Positions 24,817 through 37,794 of a DNA stretch of 64,000 nucleotides are shown in pieces. The stretch covers positions 702,131 through 766,130 of the forward strand of contig NC_134033.1 in the NCBI RefSeq assembly GCF_964204645.1, read 5' to 3'. Made by a program: the position numbers and the translations under genes. Source of the DNA: Tubulanus polymorphus. Its lineage: Eukaryota; Animalia; Nemertea. The stretch's first letter is position 1, and each line of letters starts with the position of its first letter. The notes under the pieces were generated by a model, which saw only the letters and a list, made by a program, of their open reading frames with translations, ran no database searches and had not been told where the DNA came from.

Positions 24817-27800
24817 TTACGTTTTACCGAATGAAAACGACAGACGAGGTCTCGCGTTCTTCTTGTTTAATATTAACTCCTGATCGCGTTTGTCTTTTTT
24901 TAGTTTATCCTCTTCGAGACGTTGTCTTTCTTCGCACATACGTCTCTGTTCCTCGACCAGTTTCAACTGTTCTTCAGCCTGAAAATAAATATAACAATAT
25001 TCTATAACACGCGCATCAAGTCATTTCCGGAATTATAACCAGTTTTCAAGTCATTCCCGGAATTATAACCAGTTTTCAAGTCATTCCCGGAATTATAACC
25101 AGTTTTCAAGTCATTTCCGGAATTATAACCAGTTTTCGAATCATTCCCGGAATTATAACGAGTTTTCGAATCATTCCCGGAATTATAACCAGTTTTCGAG
25201 TCATTCCCGGAATTATAACGAGTTTTCAAGGAGAACATTTCAAATTTCGAGGCGATGTCTGCATCACTTTCATATCCCATTTACTGGAGACACCTTGTAA
25301 ATACGTTCAGTAGAATCCGATTAATTCAGATCGTAAGGAATCACAGGGATTCACATGAGAACCACATTTCTTATTCTTACCAGTTTTTTCTGAGCTTCTT
25401 CAACTTTACGATTATTCTCTTCCATGATTCGTTCTAACGCCAGACGTTGCTCTTTTTCTTCTTCCTACAAAAATTTAAAATTCAAATTTTTATCGCAATC
25501 GTCGTAAAGGCTCTAAAAAGTAAACCCACCGTCGAGAAGGAACACACACAACAAACAGACTGAGAATCGTTCGTATTTTTAGAGTTAAGTTTCGTAGTCA
25601 CAGAAATGAAAAGAGGAGCATTTTTCTGGGGATGCTTAAAACCAGACCCAGTTCCAAAAATGATTGTGGAACCTGGATCCAGTAACTGTGGAACTGGATC
25701 CAGTAACTATGGAACTGGATTCAGAACTGTGGAATTGGATTCAGAACTGTGGAACTGGGTTCAGTAAGTGTGGAACTGAGTCCAGTAACTGTGGAACTGG
25801 TTCCCCCTGTAAGATTCCAAAAGACTTAGAAGAAATGAAAGAAATTCTCCTATATTTTCATTTCTGTTCAAACAAAACTTCTTCGAAATGAAAAATTTCA
25901 AGGTGTTCAACAATAAATATAAACGAATGTCTGTAAATTCTGGGTAACACCGACGCGGGCAGACGGACGGGCGGGACTAGATAATCGATAGTGTCGATAT
26001 GAACTCCCTGAAAAATAATCCAATAAATTAAAACAATAGTTAACAAGTATCCAGGCAACGCCTACACTCAACGACGCCTCATTCATTGTTGGACACATTT
26101 TTGGTTACGGTTAAAATGAAATATCGAATAGTTTTATTTTTGAGATGATGATAAAATACAGAAAATGTTTCATACTTGCGTCACGCGTTTTAATATCCAC
26201 TACATACCGTGACCTTGACCTGTGTGAAATTATACTGCAACAAATTTTTTTCAAGTTAAAACGAAAAAAAGAAAAAGCATTTTTTAAAACATGGTTCAAC
26301 AATGGGTCGATTGTTTACCGGGGACGACAGAGGGTTCGGGCGAGAGACAGTCGATAGCAGACGACTTCAGAACATCAATCAACGTAAATATAGACAGTTT
26401 TAAAGATGGCCGCCATACGACTAGAGCGGTATCTATTTCAGGAATTTAGGGTTTTTATGTATTTTTCGAATTTAACAAATCTCTCTAAAAGTTTCTTGAA
26501 AGTAATTTTCCCATTGTTTCAAAGACAGATTTGAGGTTTTTTTCTGAAATCATTGATATTTTAGCAGAATTTATTGTTGTATGAAGAGATAGGGGACGGT
26601 TATATTTGGTCTCACCCCCCCTCATTCACCCTGCCCCTCCTTCCCCCTCTCCCCCTCCACGCTGATATCCGGGAATTCCAGAACTGTGGTTTTACATTCA
26701 CAAACACATTAATCACTTCTGAGTCTTTCTGCAAAGGCTTCGAATTCCTCATTCACAATTTCACAAGACATTCTCTTAAATTTTGAAGTCGTCAGATTGG
26801 CTTTATAGACTGGTCTCGATAAAACCGAGCCCTCGACTGTGCTTCAGACTCTGCAGAATATCAATGAGTTTCCGCTTGCATCGATAAGCGCCACCGAGTG
26901 CTGAAATTCCCGGTTACAAATCTATTGAGATTGCTCTATTTTGCAGCTAACGCTTCTATCAATAAGCGCCACCTAGAGGTGAAAATCCCCAGATGCGATT
27001 CTATTAAAAAATCTTATATATTGAAGCCAGCGTTCAATTAGCGGCACCGAGTAGATTCCCAGATATGATTCAATTCAAAAAGCTCTATTTTGAAGCCAGT
27101 GCTTGTATCTATTAGCGCCACCTAGTGGTGGTAATGCCCAGATACAAGCTCTGTTTAATTTTTGAAGCGGTTTTGTTTTTGTCTTTTCACCCTGAAACAG
27201 AAAATATAGAACAGAACGAATCAAACTTTACCTCTTTTTGTTTTTGTTTTTGTAATTCGATTTCTCGTTTGGCCTCCATATCCGCGAGCATTTGTTTCTC
27301 CATGATGAGTTTAGCTTCCTCGACCCGGCGTAGAACCTCGGATTCGATCTCATCTTTACGACGAGCCAACTCTTCTTCAACGCGCTGAGCGACGAGTTCT
27401 TCAACTCGTTTAGAAACTTCTTCTTCGATCATCTTTTCTTCGATGTCTTTTTTACGCCTGGAATCGAATTAGAACGAGATGAGAATTTGAAAGAAGGGAC
27501 AGAAAGAGAGAGAGTTAGGGACAGAGAGAAAGTTAGGGACAGAAAGAGTAAGGGGCAGAGAGAGAGAGGGAGGGAGGGAGAGAGGGAGAGGGAGAGGGAG
27601 AGGGAGAGGGAGGGAGAGAGGGAGGGAGGGAGGGAGGGAGGGAGAGGGAGAGGGAGAGGGAGAGGGAGAGGGAGAGGGAGAGGGAGAGGGAGAGGGAGAG
27701 GGAGAGGGAGAGGGAGAGGGGGAGGGGGAGAGGGAGAGGGAGGGAGGGAGGGAGGGAGGGAGAGGGGGAGGAAGAGGGAGGGAGAGGGAGAGGGAGAGGG

Positions 27801-29642
27801 AGGGGGAGGGAGAGGGAGAGGGAGAGAGAGAGAGAGAGGGGGAGGGGGAGAGGGAGAGGGAGGGAGGGAGAGGGAGGGAGGGAGGGAGAGGGAGGGAGAG
27901 GGAGGGAGGGAGGGAGGGGGAGGGAGAGGGAGGGAGGGAGGGAGAGGGAGGGAGGGAGGGAGAGGGAGAGGGAGAGGGAGAGGGAGAGGGAGAGAGAGAG
28001 AGAGGGGGAGGGGGAGAGGGAGAGGGAGGGAGGGAGGGAGGGAGGGAGGGAGGGAGGGAGGGAGGGAGAGGGAGAGGGAGGGAGAGGGAGAGGGAGAGGG
28101 AGAGGGAGAGGGAGGGAGAGGGAGAGGGAGAGGGAGAGAGACGCCCCCTATAGGAAAATAGGGTACTTACTCTTGTCGTAATAACTCCACCTGATTTCTT
28201 CTTTCTTCTTCCTCTCTTTGTTTTGCCTCTTCTATTTTACGGTTTAATTCTCGAGTATATTCAGATTCGACTTCGTTCTCCGACCCTGAACTCGAGCTCG
28301 ATGAGAATGAACGTTTCCTACAAAACAACAATGACATATAGTCCCTCACTTACCACAGTAACCACCCTTCACTTACCGCAGTAACCACCCCTCACTCGCC
28401 ATAGTAACCACACCTCCTGGCTCCTGTCCTCACTTGCCACAGGGATAACCCCTCCTCCTGGCTCCAGTCCCCGCTTGCCACAGGGATAACCCCTCCTCCT
28501 GGCTCCTGTGCCAGCTCGCCACAGGGATAACCCCTCCTCCTGGCTCCTGTCCTCACTTGCCACAGGGATAACCCCTCCTCCTGGCTCCTGTCCTCACTTG
28601 CCACAGGGATAACCCCTCCTCCTGGCTCCTGTCCTCACTTGCCACAGGGATAACCCCTCCTCCTGGCTCCTGTCCTCACTTGCCACAGGGATAACCCCTC
28701 CTCCTGGCTCCTGTCCTCACTTGCCACAGGGATAACCCCTCCTCCTGGCTCCTGTCCTCACTTGCCACAGGGATAACCCCTCCTCCTGGCTCCTGTCCTC
28801 ACTTACCACAGGGATAACCCCTCCTCCTGGCTCCTGTCCTCACTTGCCACAGGGATAACCCCTCCTCCTGGCTCCTGTCCTCACTTGCCACAGGGATAAC
28901 CCCTCCTCCTGGCTCCTGTCCTCACTTGCCACAGGGATAACCCCTCCTCCTGGCTCCTGTCCTCACTTGCCACAGGGATAACCCCTCCTCCTGGCTCCTG
29001 TCCTCACTTGCCACAGGGATAACCCCTCCTCCTGGCTCCTGTCCTCACTTGCCACAGGGATAACCCCTCCTCCTGGCTCCTGTCCTCACTTACCACAGGG
29101 ATAACCCCTCCTCCTGGCTCCTGTGCCAGCTCGCCACAGGGATAACCCCTCCTCCTGGCTCCTGTCCTCACTTGCCACAGGGATAACCCCTCCTCCTGGC
29201 TCCTGTCCTCACTTGCCACAGGGATAACCCCTCCTCCTGGCTCCTGTCCTCACTTGCCACAGGGATAACCCCTCCTCCTGGCTCCTGTCCTCACTTGCCA
29301 CAGGGATAACCCCTCCTCCTGGCTCCTGTCCTCACTTACCACAGGGATAGCCGCATTCCCAATTGACCTATATTTCTACGACAATAAACTCAACATTGTT
29401 ATAGTTGTTATGACGACAGACAGACGGACTCACCTGCTGCCTGTTGATTTATTATTAGCGGCGGACTCCTGACTGCGTGACGTGCCGCGGCCCGCACCGC
29501 CGTGACGATGATTACTCTTACTCCCGCTGCTGCGATGGTGACTGCTACGATCTTTAGAACGAGATCGAGTGCGACGTTTTTTATGTTTATTTCTACGCCG
29601 TGTTCGACTCGACGATCTACTGCGACTGCGGGAACGTCCCAT
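24817..29642 (-). CDS. ARGLU1: Arginine- and glutamate-rich protein 1, 275 aa; exons 29642-29434, 28317-28171, 27457-27232, 25464-25381, 24978-24817
   Basis: MGRSRSRS N-terminus, IEEEVSKRVEELVAQRVEEEL..EIESEVLRRVEEAK, ERIMEENNRKVEEAQKKLAEEQL and C-terminal RPRLSFSF. Exons total 828 nt in frame. Confidence 0.95.
25019..25229. repeat. 30-bp minisatellite x7 containing TTCCCGGAA/TTTCCGGAA
   Basis: (TCATTCCCGGAATTATAACCAGTTTTCAAG)n. Confidence 0.92.
27495..28140. repeat. Purine-rich (GGGAGA/GGGA)n microsatellite
   Basis: Visible in ARGLU1 intron 2. Confidence 0.95.
28345..29350. repeat. 41-bp minisatellite, ~24 units, in ARGLU1 intron 1
   Basis: (CAGGGATAACCCCTCCTCCTGGCTCCTGTCCTCACTTGCCA)n. 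Confidence 0.95.
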
Positions 29643-30425
29643 TTTCAGGCAGCAAACAACTGATGATGATTCTGACTATCTAAAAACACGTTCTTTTTCT
29701 CAGATATTTTCCGACCTTTCTCGCTGGTTTCCAGTATCGCCGATCTCTTCACAAGTTTCTCTTGAACTCGTTCGAGGAATCGGCGCCGGTTTTATTTCGT
29801 ATTTAATGTTTTAAACGCGTTTTTATCGCTGTATTTTCTGCTCGATCGAACAAACGGAGCACTTTATCTCGCAGATTGGGCGTGACGCGACTCGTTATCC
29901 GTAAAACGCTTTTACAGGATCCTTAAAAAAGACTAACTCAGTTTACTAATAAGACGGAACGACAAAGTATTTTTATAAACAATATGGACAGATCTAACTG
30001 TAAATTTCAAAAATTAATATTTGTTTCCTCTATTAAGAAAAAGAAATAGAAATAAAGATTAACTATAAGGAGATAAAAGTCATTAAATCTATTTTTTGTT
30101 ATTCGACATCCCGGCCAGTGTTCAGACATTGATTTTTATTTTATGAATGCCAGGCCCTGAACCGATCTGACCCTGTGACTCCTAAAGCTATAATCACTCG
30201 ATGAAACAAACCTAGCTTTAATTCAGTTTAAGATCAATCTATCAATAAATATAAATGAAAACAAAACTATAGTTACTTTCATAGCTTTTGTATTCAGTTT
30301 TTTTTGTACTCGATAAAAATGCCAAAACTGTGATCAATATAGCTGAATTGAATTTACTAAATATTAGGAATAGGAACAATCGGAACACAACACTGTGCGG
30401 GTTGTTGTCACTAAATCGCTTTAAA

Positions 30426-33239
30426 ATGGAGAAAATACTGAAAGGCATTTTGCGATATCGTCAGACGTATAAAGCTGGTATGGTTAAACAGTTTGAGAAG
30501 ATACGGGATAATCCACAGGTTCGTATTTATCGTGCATTTCTCTTAATTATCGAATTTATTCATCCAAAATGTTCCGATTGTTCCTATTGTCAGGGTCACC
30601 CTGGATGTAGTGGGTTCGAATCCTTTAATTATATGCACTTAAAAGATGATTTTGATTTTTTTCTGCATTAATAACTTAATAGTGTAATAGTGCAAGATAG
30701 GCCCTAAACATTCGTGATTGGAGGAGGCCCAGCAGTCGCTGCCAAGCGGTGACAAGCGTCCCTCTCTCCTCGACCTCCTCTCACTCTCAGCGGCGCTGCG
30801 CTGACTCGTCTCAGGGCCAGAGAGTTGCTAGACTATCACACGACAGAAAATTGAAATCTCATGAAACTGGATTCAAGATGTTAATTCAACTCGATATTTT
30901 TAATGAATAAATTATTATAATTTTCAGCCGAAAGCTCTTGCGTTCTGTTGTATGGACAGTCGGGTTCTACCGACGCGGTTCACTCAGACTGATGTCGGTG
31001 ATATGTTCCTGGTTCGTAACGCCGGCAACCTCGTGCCTCATCATAAACACCACGGTTACACTCACATCACTACAGAACCTGCTGCTTTAGAGTTAGCCTG
31101 CGTTATCGGAGGTATTAAACATGTCATTGTCTGCGGTCATTCCGATTGTAAGGTGAGTTCATGCACCTACTCGTCCTTTCCCTAACCCTAGTTAGTTACC
31201 TAATCGTTGGTGGTAAGCTTTTTATAATCAGATGAGCTTATACCGCCTTGATGAGTTTGTGAAAATATCCGATCGTGAAACTAAACCACAGTCAGGTTAC
31301 TGACTACCCTAACCCCTGACAGATTTCTCAACCTAAAGACACTATGAGACTTACCCTTACCCTCCCTCACTGGTTTCTCAACATAAAGACACCATTTGAT
31401 GTGTTACAGTGAATACATACATTGCATAGTTCCATATTCAACTCTTAAGAGTTTGAAAGTGAAGGAAAAATGAATTAGTCAGAAACACAAGATGAAACAA
31501 TAAAATTGTGAAATCCCACAATTGTTGAAAGACTTATGAGTTTATTCAAAACACTAGAAATATTTCCGGTGCGATTTTACATTTATTGGATGCTAATATC
31601 TAATTGACAATTGGTGAACTGGCTTCTCTCAGTTCAATAGTTGTGAGTTGAGATATGACTGTTGTAGTTTAAACATTGGAAATAAACTAACTTTAATTGT
31701 AGAGTTAAAACACTACCGAAACTGTGGAACTGGGACTAACTGAATGTCTGCTAGTGACCTGTCCCAAATAGACCTGATCATCCTGCCTCCAGAGATCTGG
31801 ACATAATGACACGGTCCCGCTGCACTGTGCCAGAGTTTCTAGATACCACCACCATGTTCAAACCCTAATCAGTAACATGTCTGTGGTTTAGTTTCACGAT
31901 CGGATATTTTCACAAACCACAAGCCCATAAGCCCATAAACCACAAGCCCATAGGTTGGTATAAGCCCATCTGGTTATAAAAAGCTTACCACCAACGACTA
32001 GGTAACTAACTAGTTCAAACCCCCGTTGTTCAATGTTCTTGATTTGTGACTCTACTTTATCAATAGCTTTCTGAAAATATGATTTCGATGATTCTGTATT
32101 GTTTTTTTAGGCAATGAACGCCCTCTATGGATTACGGGAAACGGCTCACATTCACGAAGGAACTCCGTTACAACTGTGGCTGAAGAAACACGCGACGAGT
32201 TCCCTGGAGAAACTGGAGAAACTGGAACAGATCGGATCACGTGAACCGCTCGTATTTCAGGGAGAATCTGATAAACATACCCTTAACGCTTTCATTGATC
32301 CAGAAAATCAGTTCGCTATTACTGATAAACTATCGATGGTAAGATTCACCTAGACTAGTACCCCCTGAACCACCTGAACCGCCTGAGCCTAGTATACCCT
32401 GAACCACCTGAACCACCTGAGCCTTGTACCCAAAACCGTCTGAACCTGTGCCTAGTACTCTAAACTGCCTGAACCTAGATCTAGCCTAGTACCCTAAATC
32501 ATCTGTACCTAGACTTAGCCTTGTACACTAAACTGCCAGAACCTAGTACCCCCTGAACCACCTGAGCCTAGTACCCTAAACCGTCTGAACCTGAGCCTAG
32601 TACCCTAAACTGCCTGAACCTAGATCTAGCCTAGTACCCTAAATCATCTGAACCTAGACTTAGCCTAGTACACTAAACTGCCTGAACCTAGTACCCCCTG
32701 AACCACCTTAGCCTAGTACTCTAAACCACCTGAGTCTAGATCTAACCTAGTGCCCTAGACCATCTGATTTTAGTTCTAGTCTAGGCTTTGTTAAGAACAA
32801 TGCCTCTTGAGGCCATGAGCTCAGCTTCACAAAAATGTAAAATGTTTAATTAATTAATCTTGATCGTGAAATCTAGTTAAGAATTTAATTTCTTAATAAT
32901 TTAATTAATTTATTAACTGTTTGATATGAAATAGGACTTCCTAGGACCCGGTTTTATAGATCACAGTTTTAAACATGAACCTAGTTTACTGTATTCATAG
33001 AAATCTCAACTGAATTCGTTTTGCAGATCAATACTTTACAACAAATACAGAATATCAGCAGTCACCCGTTCCTGGCAGACGGATTAATAAACGAGACCGT
33101 CCGACTTCACGCGATGTGGTTCGATATTTATACCGGTGACGTTTATTTGTTTAATCGTCCACATCAACGTTTTATGGTCGTAGATGAGAATTCGGTCGAT
33201 GAGGTTTTCCTTAAAGATCAAATGTTAGTCGGAGAATAA
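30426..33239 (+). CDS. Beta-class carbonic anhydrase, 252 aa; exons 30426-30518, 30928-31152, 32111-32338, 33027-33239
   Basis: Zinc-binding motifs CMDSR and CGHSDC, plus GDMFLVRNAGN, EPAALEL and HAMWFDIYTGDVY. 759 nt in frame. Confidence 0.95.
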
Positions 33240-35977
33240 GCGCCACCTGGATCTATAGTAGTGACCAGTAATTAAATATTTTGAAGAAATTTTGATGGCT
33301 TGTTCAGTAGCTGATTCAGCAGCTGGTTTGTAGATTGAGCTTGTTCAGCAGCTGATTCAGCAGCTGGTTTTGTAACTAGGCTTGTTCGGTAGCTGATTCA
33401 GCAGCTGGTTTGTAAACTAGGCTTGTTCAGTAGCTGATTCAGCAGCTGTTTTGTAGACTAGGCTTGTCGCAGCTGATTCAGCAGCTGGTTTGTAGACTAG
33501 GCTTGTCGCAGCTGATTCAGCAGCTGGGTTGAACTTTAAACCTCTTCGCACATAGCAATGCAGTTACCGGTAGTTTTATTGTAGTTTATAGTGTGTTATT
33601 ATGCCATTGTATTTGAGGAGCAGTTTAAACCAGTCTGGACTCCTCACTCCTCTCCTCCTCAGCGTGCAGGGTAGAGGAGTATTACAGCCTGGACCCTACA
33701 CCTCTCCTCGGGTCACCACAGCTGATAGATACCTGTATTAATAGTTATAATGGCTCTGATTTAGTGGTAACCGTGACATAAACACTTATTTTATGAATAA
33801 AAAGCATTTTATATAGGTATATACCCGACCAGTACATTTCTACTGTTAAGAAAGTGGAGTTTGACCGGGTTATTTTATAAGTATTTTGTGTGTGTGTGAT
33901 GCATTTGTATTTTGATGTATGGAATAAAATATGGTCATGTATTATTACGCTGTATGGAACTGGTCTTTTAACGTGAATTCATCGATCTTATATTACATGA
34001 AATTGGTCTTATTAAAAGTGTTAAAAGAAATTGTGAATTTAAGGAGATCAAAATATCAATTGATTAATCAAGTGGTCTTTATTTGCATTAAGTAATTTGC
34101 CACTAAAGTTATGAGATGTTACTAGTTTCCAGGGTAAAGCGATGTTTTCTACCGGTGATGTGTAGTTAGTGTTGTGGACGGTTTCAGGATAAAAATACTC
34201 GATTTTTTGAAGCTTTAATAATATGAAAATACGATCTCAAAAATATAGGAAAACACGATCAAATTCTGAATGAAAGCTTCCTCAGCTTCATGGGAACTAG
34301 TCGAGTATCTAGCCACCTTGTGTTGCTGGGAACCTGTACGTCGTCCGGTATTCAGGCTACGTGTGGACATGCCAAACATCCCTACATGTCCTAAACTCAT
34401 GTTTGGGATAAAGAATTGTCCTAAAAAGTAAAAATAATGATGCACTTTGACTGAAGGTTCCACGGAGGACCTTAGTCTAGTACCTAGCGGTTTTTCCCCG
34501 GGTTGTAGGGGACCGTAACAACATCTGGTAGTCAGATTAGTAATGCCTAGGACTAAACTAGGAAATAAATGTCTTATTTAACCAGTTATCCCTTTTACTC
34601 AGAAATAACCAGGACTGAATGAAGTTTTAATAAATGTTCTTCCAAAATTATACGTTTAAATGATTGCGTTAATTCATTTCTGTTTTTGAAATGTTTCTGT
34701 TCGAGTTAGTTTTGATATTGTGATTGAGGTAATGTTTAAAATGAAATCTCCCTGAGTGGCATTGTTGCTCCCTCTGAGCGGCATTTTCGCTCCCTCTGAG
34801 CGGCCTTGTTGCTCCCTCTGAGCGGCATTGTTGCGACTATGTCGCTCACTCAGATTATGTAATTTAGAATGCTTTATTGTAGATAATAAATTTTATCAAT
34901 TGTTCTCATTAATCATAGTTTGAATTTAATTCATTCAGTTTCTCAATTCACCAAATAGTCTGTCTGGTTTTAATACTAATTTCACAATGAAAAAATGGCG
35001 ATGGGACTTTAGCTTCAAGAAGTTGAATTCGGGCTGCAATTTGTATTCGCAATGTGGTATCAATCTGATTGTAAGGATCTGAAATGTCTAATCCTCCTCC
35101 GGATAATAATCTGGCAATGGAGCCTGTATTGGTAGTCAGTCCCCTGTCTGTGGCTGGTTTCACAAACCTCATGATTCTTACAACGCTATCCAAACTACCA
35201 ATGATTAGGTTAACGAAGATGTTCTTCCTCCCTAACATGATATAGAAAAGTAACTCATCACATATCTATAAATTATATATGATATATTCATCTTTATTTG
35301 TTGAATAAATTCTTTTAGTGCAATAAATAAATTCATCATTCAAAAATCTGAGCAAAATTTAACAAAAAATACAAAATGATACAATATAGTTAGCAGCAGC
35401 ACCTTGGATGAATGGAACTAGTATCGGCTTCTTACAGATATAAATCACAGACATAATTATAGAATTAAATACTCTCAGTAAAGTTTAAGTCCTTCAGGAA
35501 CTCAGTTCCACAGTTCTGGACTCAGTTCCACAGTTCTGAACCCAGCTCCACAGTTCTGGATCCAGTTCGACAGTTCTGGACCCAGTTCCACAGTTCTGAA
35601 CACAGTTCTAGATCCAGTTCCACAGTTCTGGACTCAGTTCCACAGTTCTGAACCCAGTTCCACAGTTCTGAAACCAAGGTTCTTGACCTAATTGCAATTC
35701 CACAGTTCAGGATCCAGTTACACAGTTCTGAATTCAGTTCCACAGTTCTGGACCAGTTCCATGGTAACTAAACCTAGTTCCACATTTCTGGTCACAGTTC
35801 CACAGTTCAGGATCCATTTCCACAGTTATCAGACTGCTGCGGTGAAACTTGATTCATGGATCGCAGCCGTTTTTGATTGTCATGATTGCTTTTAAATCCA
35901 CAGTTCTACACATAATTGAAAGCACGAAACACAATTTTCCGATTGTACAAATCAATCCCGACTAGCGCCACCGCCGA

Positions 35978-37752
35978 TTAACGGGAAGCGAAACGGTCGT
36001 AAATTCCCGCATATTCCGGATCGCAACTGAACGTATTGTTGAGCTGTTTAAAAGTCGGTCGTTCGGAAGGTTTATATTCCCAACATTTGCGCATGATCTC
36101 GTAGACTTTCGACGGACACCGAGACGGTTTATCTAAACGTATCCCATCGTCTAACATCTTTATCACCTAAATCAGTAACAGACACACAGAGAAAGAAATT
36201 AGTGAAATCATCAACGTTTATAGAATGGAGGGTATTTATACCAAACCAGTTTCATGGATTGTAGGAAGATCCCTCCGCCCATCGGAGTCCACAATCCCAA
36301 CTTCAATTAGTGCAGGCTTCGATCTGGGATAGTCTTGGTTCTCATTGACTATTGTATCATGACAAAGTGGGGACTTTTGGAGGGAACTATGAGTAGCAGC
36401 AAATGAGTACCCCTGGCATTACTCATCTGAGTACCCCTGAGTAAAGATCAAACCTAACCCCTCTCACAATTGCAGTCATGGCTTCTGTTTAAACACTTTG
36501 ATCAAGATGTTGGTTCTGTAATTGATGTAATTGACAGACAGTGGCGCCACCACCTCGCTGACCCCATCCCCTAGAGAGACAGTGGCGCCACCACCTCGCT
36601 GACCCCATGCCCCGCTCACTCAAATCAAACTCTTTCAACATCTGCAGAGAATCCCGCACCATGAACTCTGAATGTCTGTGATGACCCGGTAATTGTGAAG
36701 TTCATCCAGATATGAAATGTTTACCTCGGCTCCTTGTAAATTCTCGTACGGCTGTTTTCCGAAAGAGAACATTTCCCACAGTGTGACACCATAACTCCAA
36801 ACATCACTGGCGTGAGAGAATGTACCATAATTCACACACTCCGGGGCATACCTATAGAATATACAACATAACCCCGTTAATTCTAACACTCCGGGGCCTA
36901 AGATACGTCCAAGGAAAGCAAATATTAATTTTAGAGCATGAAATTATGGTCGTACCATTTGATGGGCCATCTTCCACCTTTAGAGGCTTGATAGTAATCG
37001 CTACCGGCTCCGACCGCTCGCGATAAACCAAAATCACTGATCTTCACCTGAAAATAAAACCAAACTGAAAACTATTCACATGTTGTCTACATATTTCTTT
37101 GAGATGCCTTATATTTGAAATCAAGGGCTGCAGTTTCTCAAAAGTGATTTACAGTTAACCAGTAGATAGTTGACATTCAAAGGCATCCACCAGTTATCTT
37201 TAACAAACAAGACCCAGCTCCACAGTTATGAATTAAGATTTGACTCAAAGTTAACTCGTTGAAAATGAACTAATTTTAACTCAGTGTAACTTGATCCAGT
37301 TGAGCAACTGATCATTGGCTGTGAGTTTTTAACTCTGCAGTCCATTTCATTGTGGCAGTTATATTCTGCGAGCTTGTTTCAGAAATATCGAAGGAGGTTC
37401 TTCAATAACTTACCTGATCTTTATTAGCTAGTAATATATTCCTAGCAGCCAGGTCTCTGTGTATGAATTTCTTCTCTTCGAGATACATCATCCCAGCCGC
37501 TATCTGAGCCGCCCACAAATATAAATCCGTCTTCACTTCTATCGCTTCGGGATAATCCAATAGATAATCCAACATTGATCCGTTCGAGATTAACTCTTGA
37601 ACCTATAAACATCCAGACTTCAAATCTTAGAACATTCGGAACTGAATCCAGACTTAGCCTGAGTTCAGGACCCTATTGCACCACAGGGGCTTGTAGTTGA
37701 AGTTTGGAGGTGAATGGGTAGCTTAGATCATCCAATATTCCAGATACTGTTG

Positions 37753-37794
<42 letters not shown>

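Noticed and set aside
27192-27231. Strong-looking minus-strand acceptor 40 nt after the ARGLU1 exon 3 donor
   Set aside because: It would define an implausibly short intron, and I have no supporting evidence.
30426-33239. Beta-carbonic anhydrase as a recent bacterial transfer or contaminant
   Set aside because: It has three spliceosomal introns, and beta-CAs are ordinary invertebrate genes.
34255-34295. Minus-strand CTGAGGA-AGCTTT as a hammerhead core
   Set aside because: No GAAA box closing a stem II.
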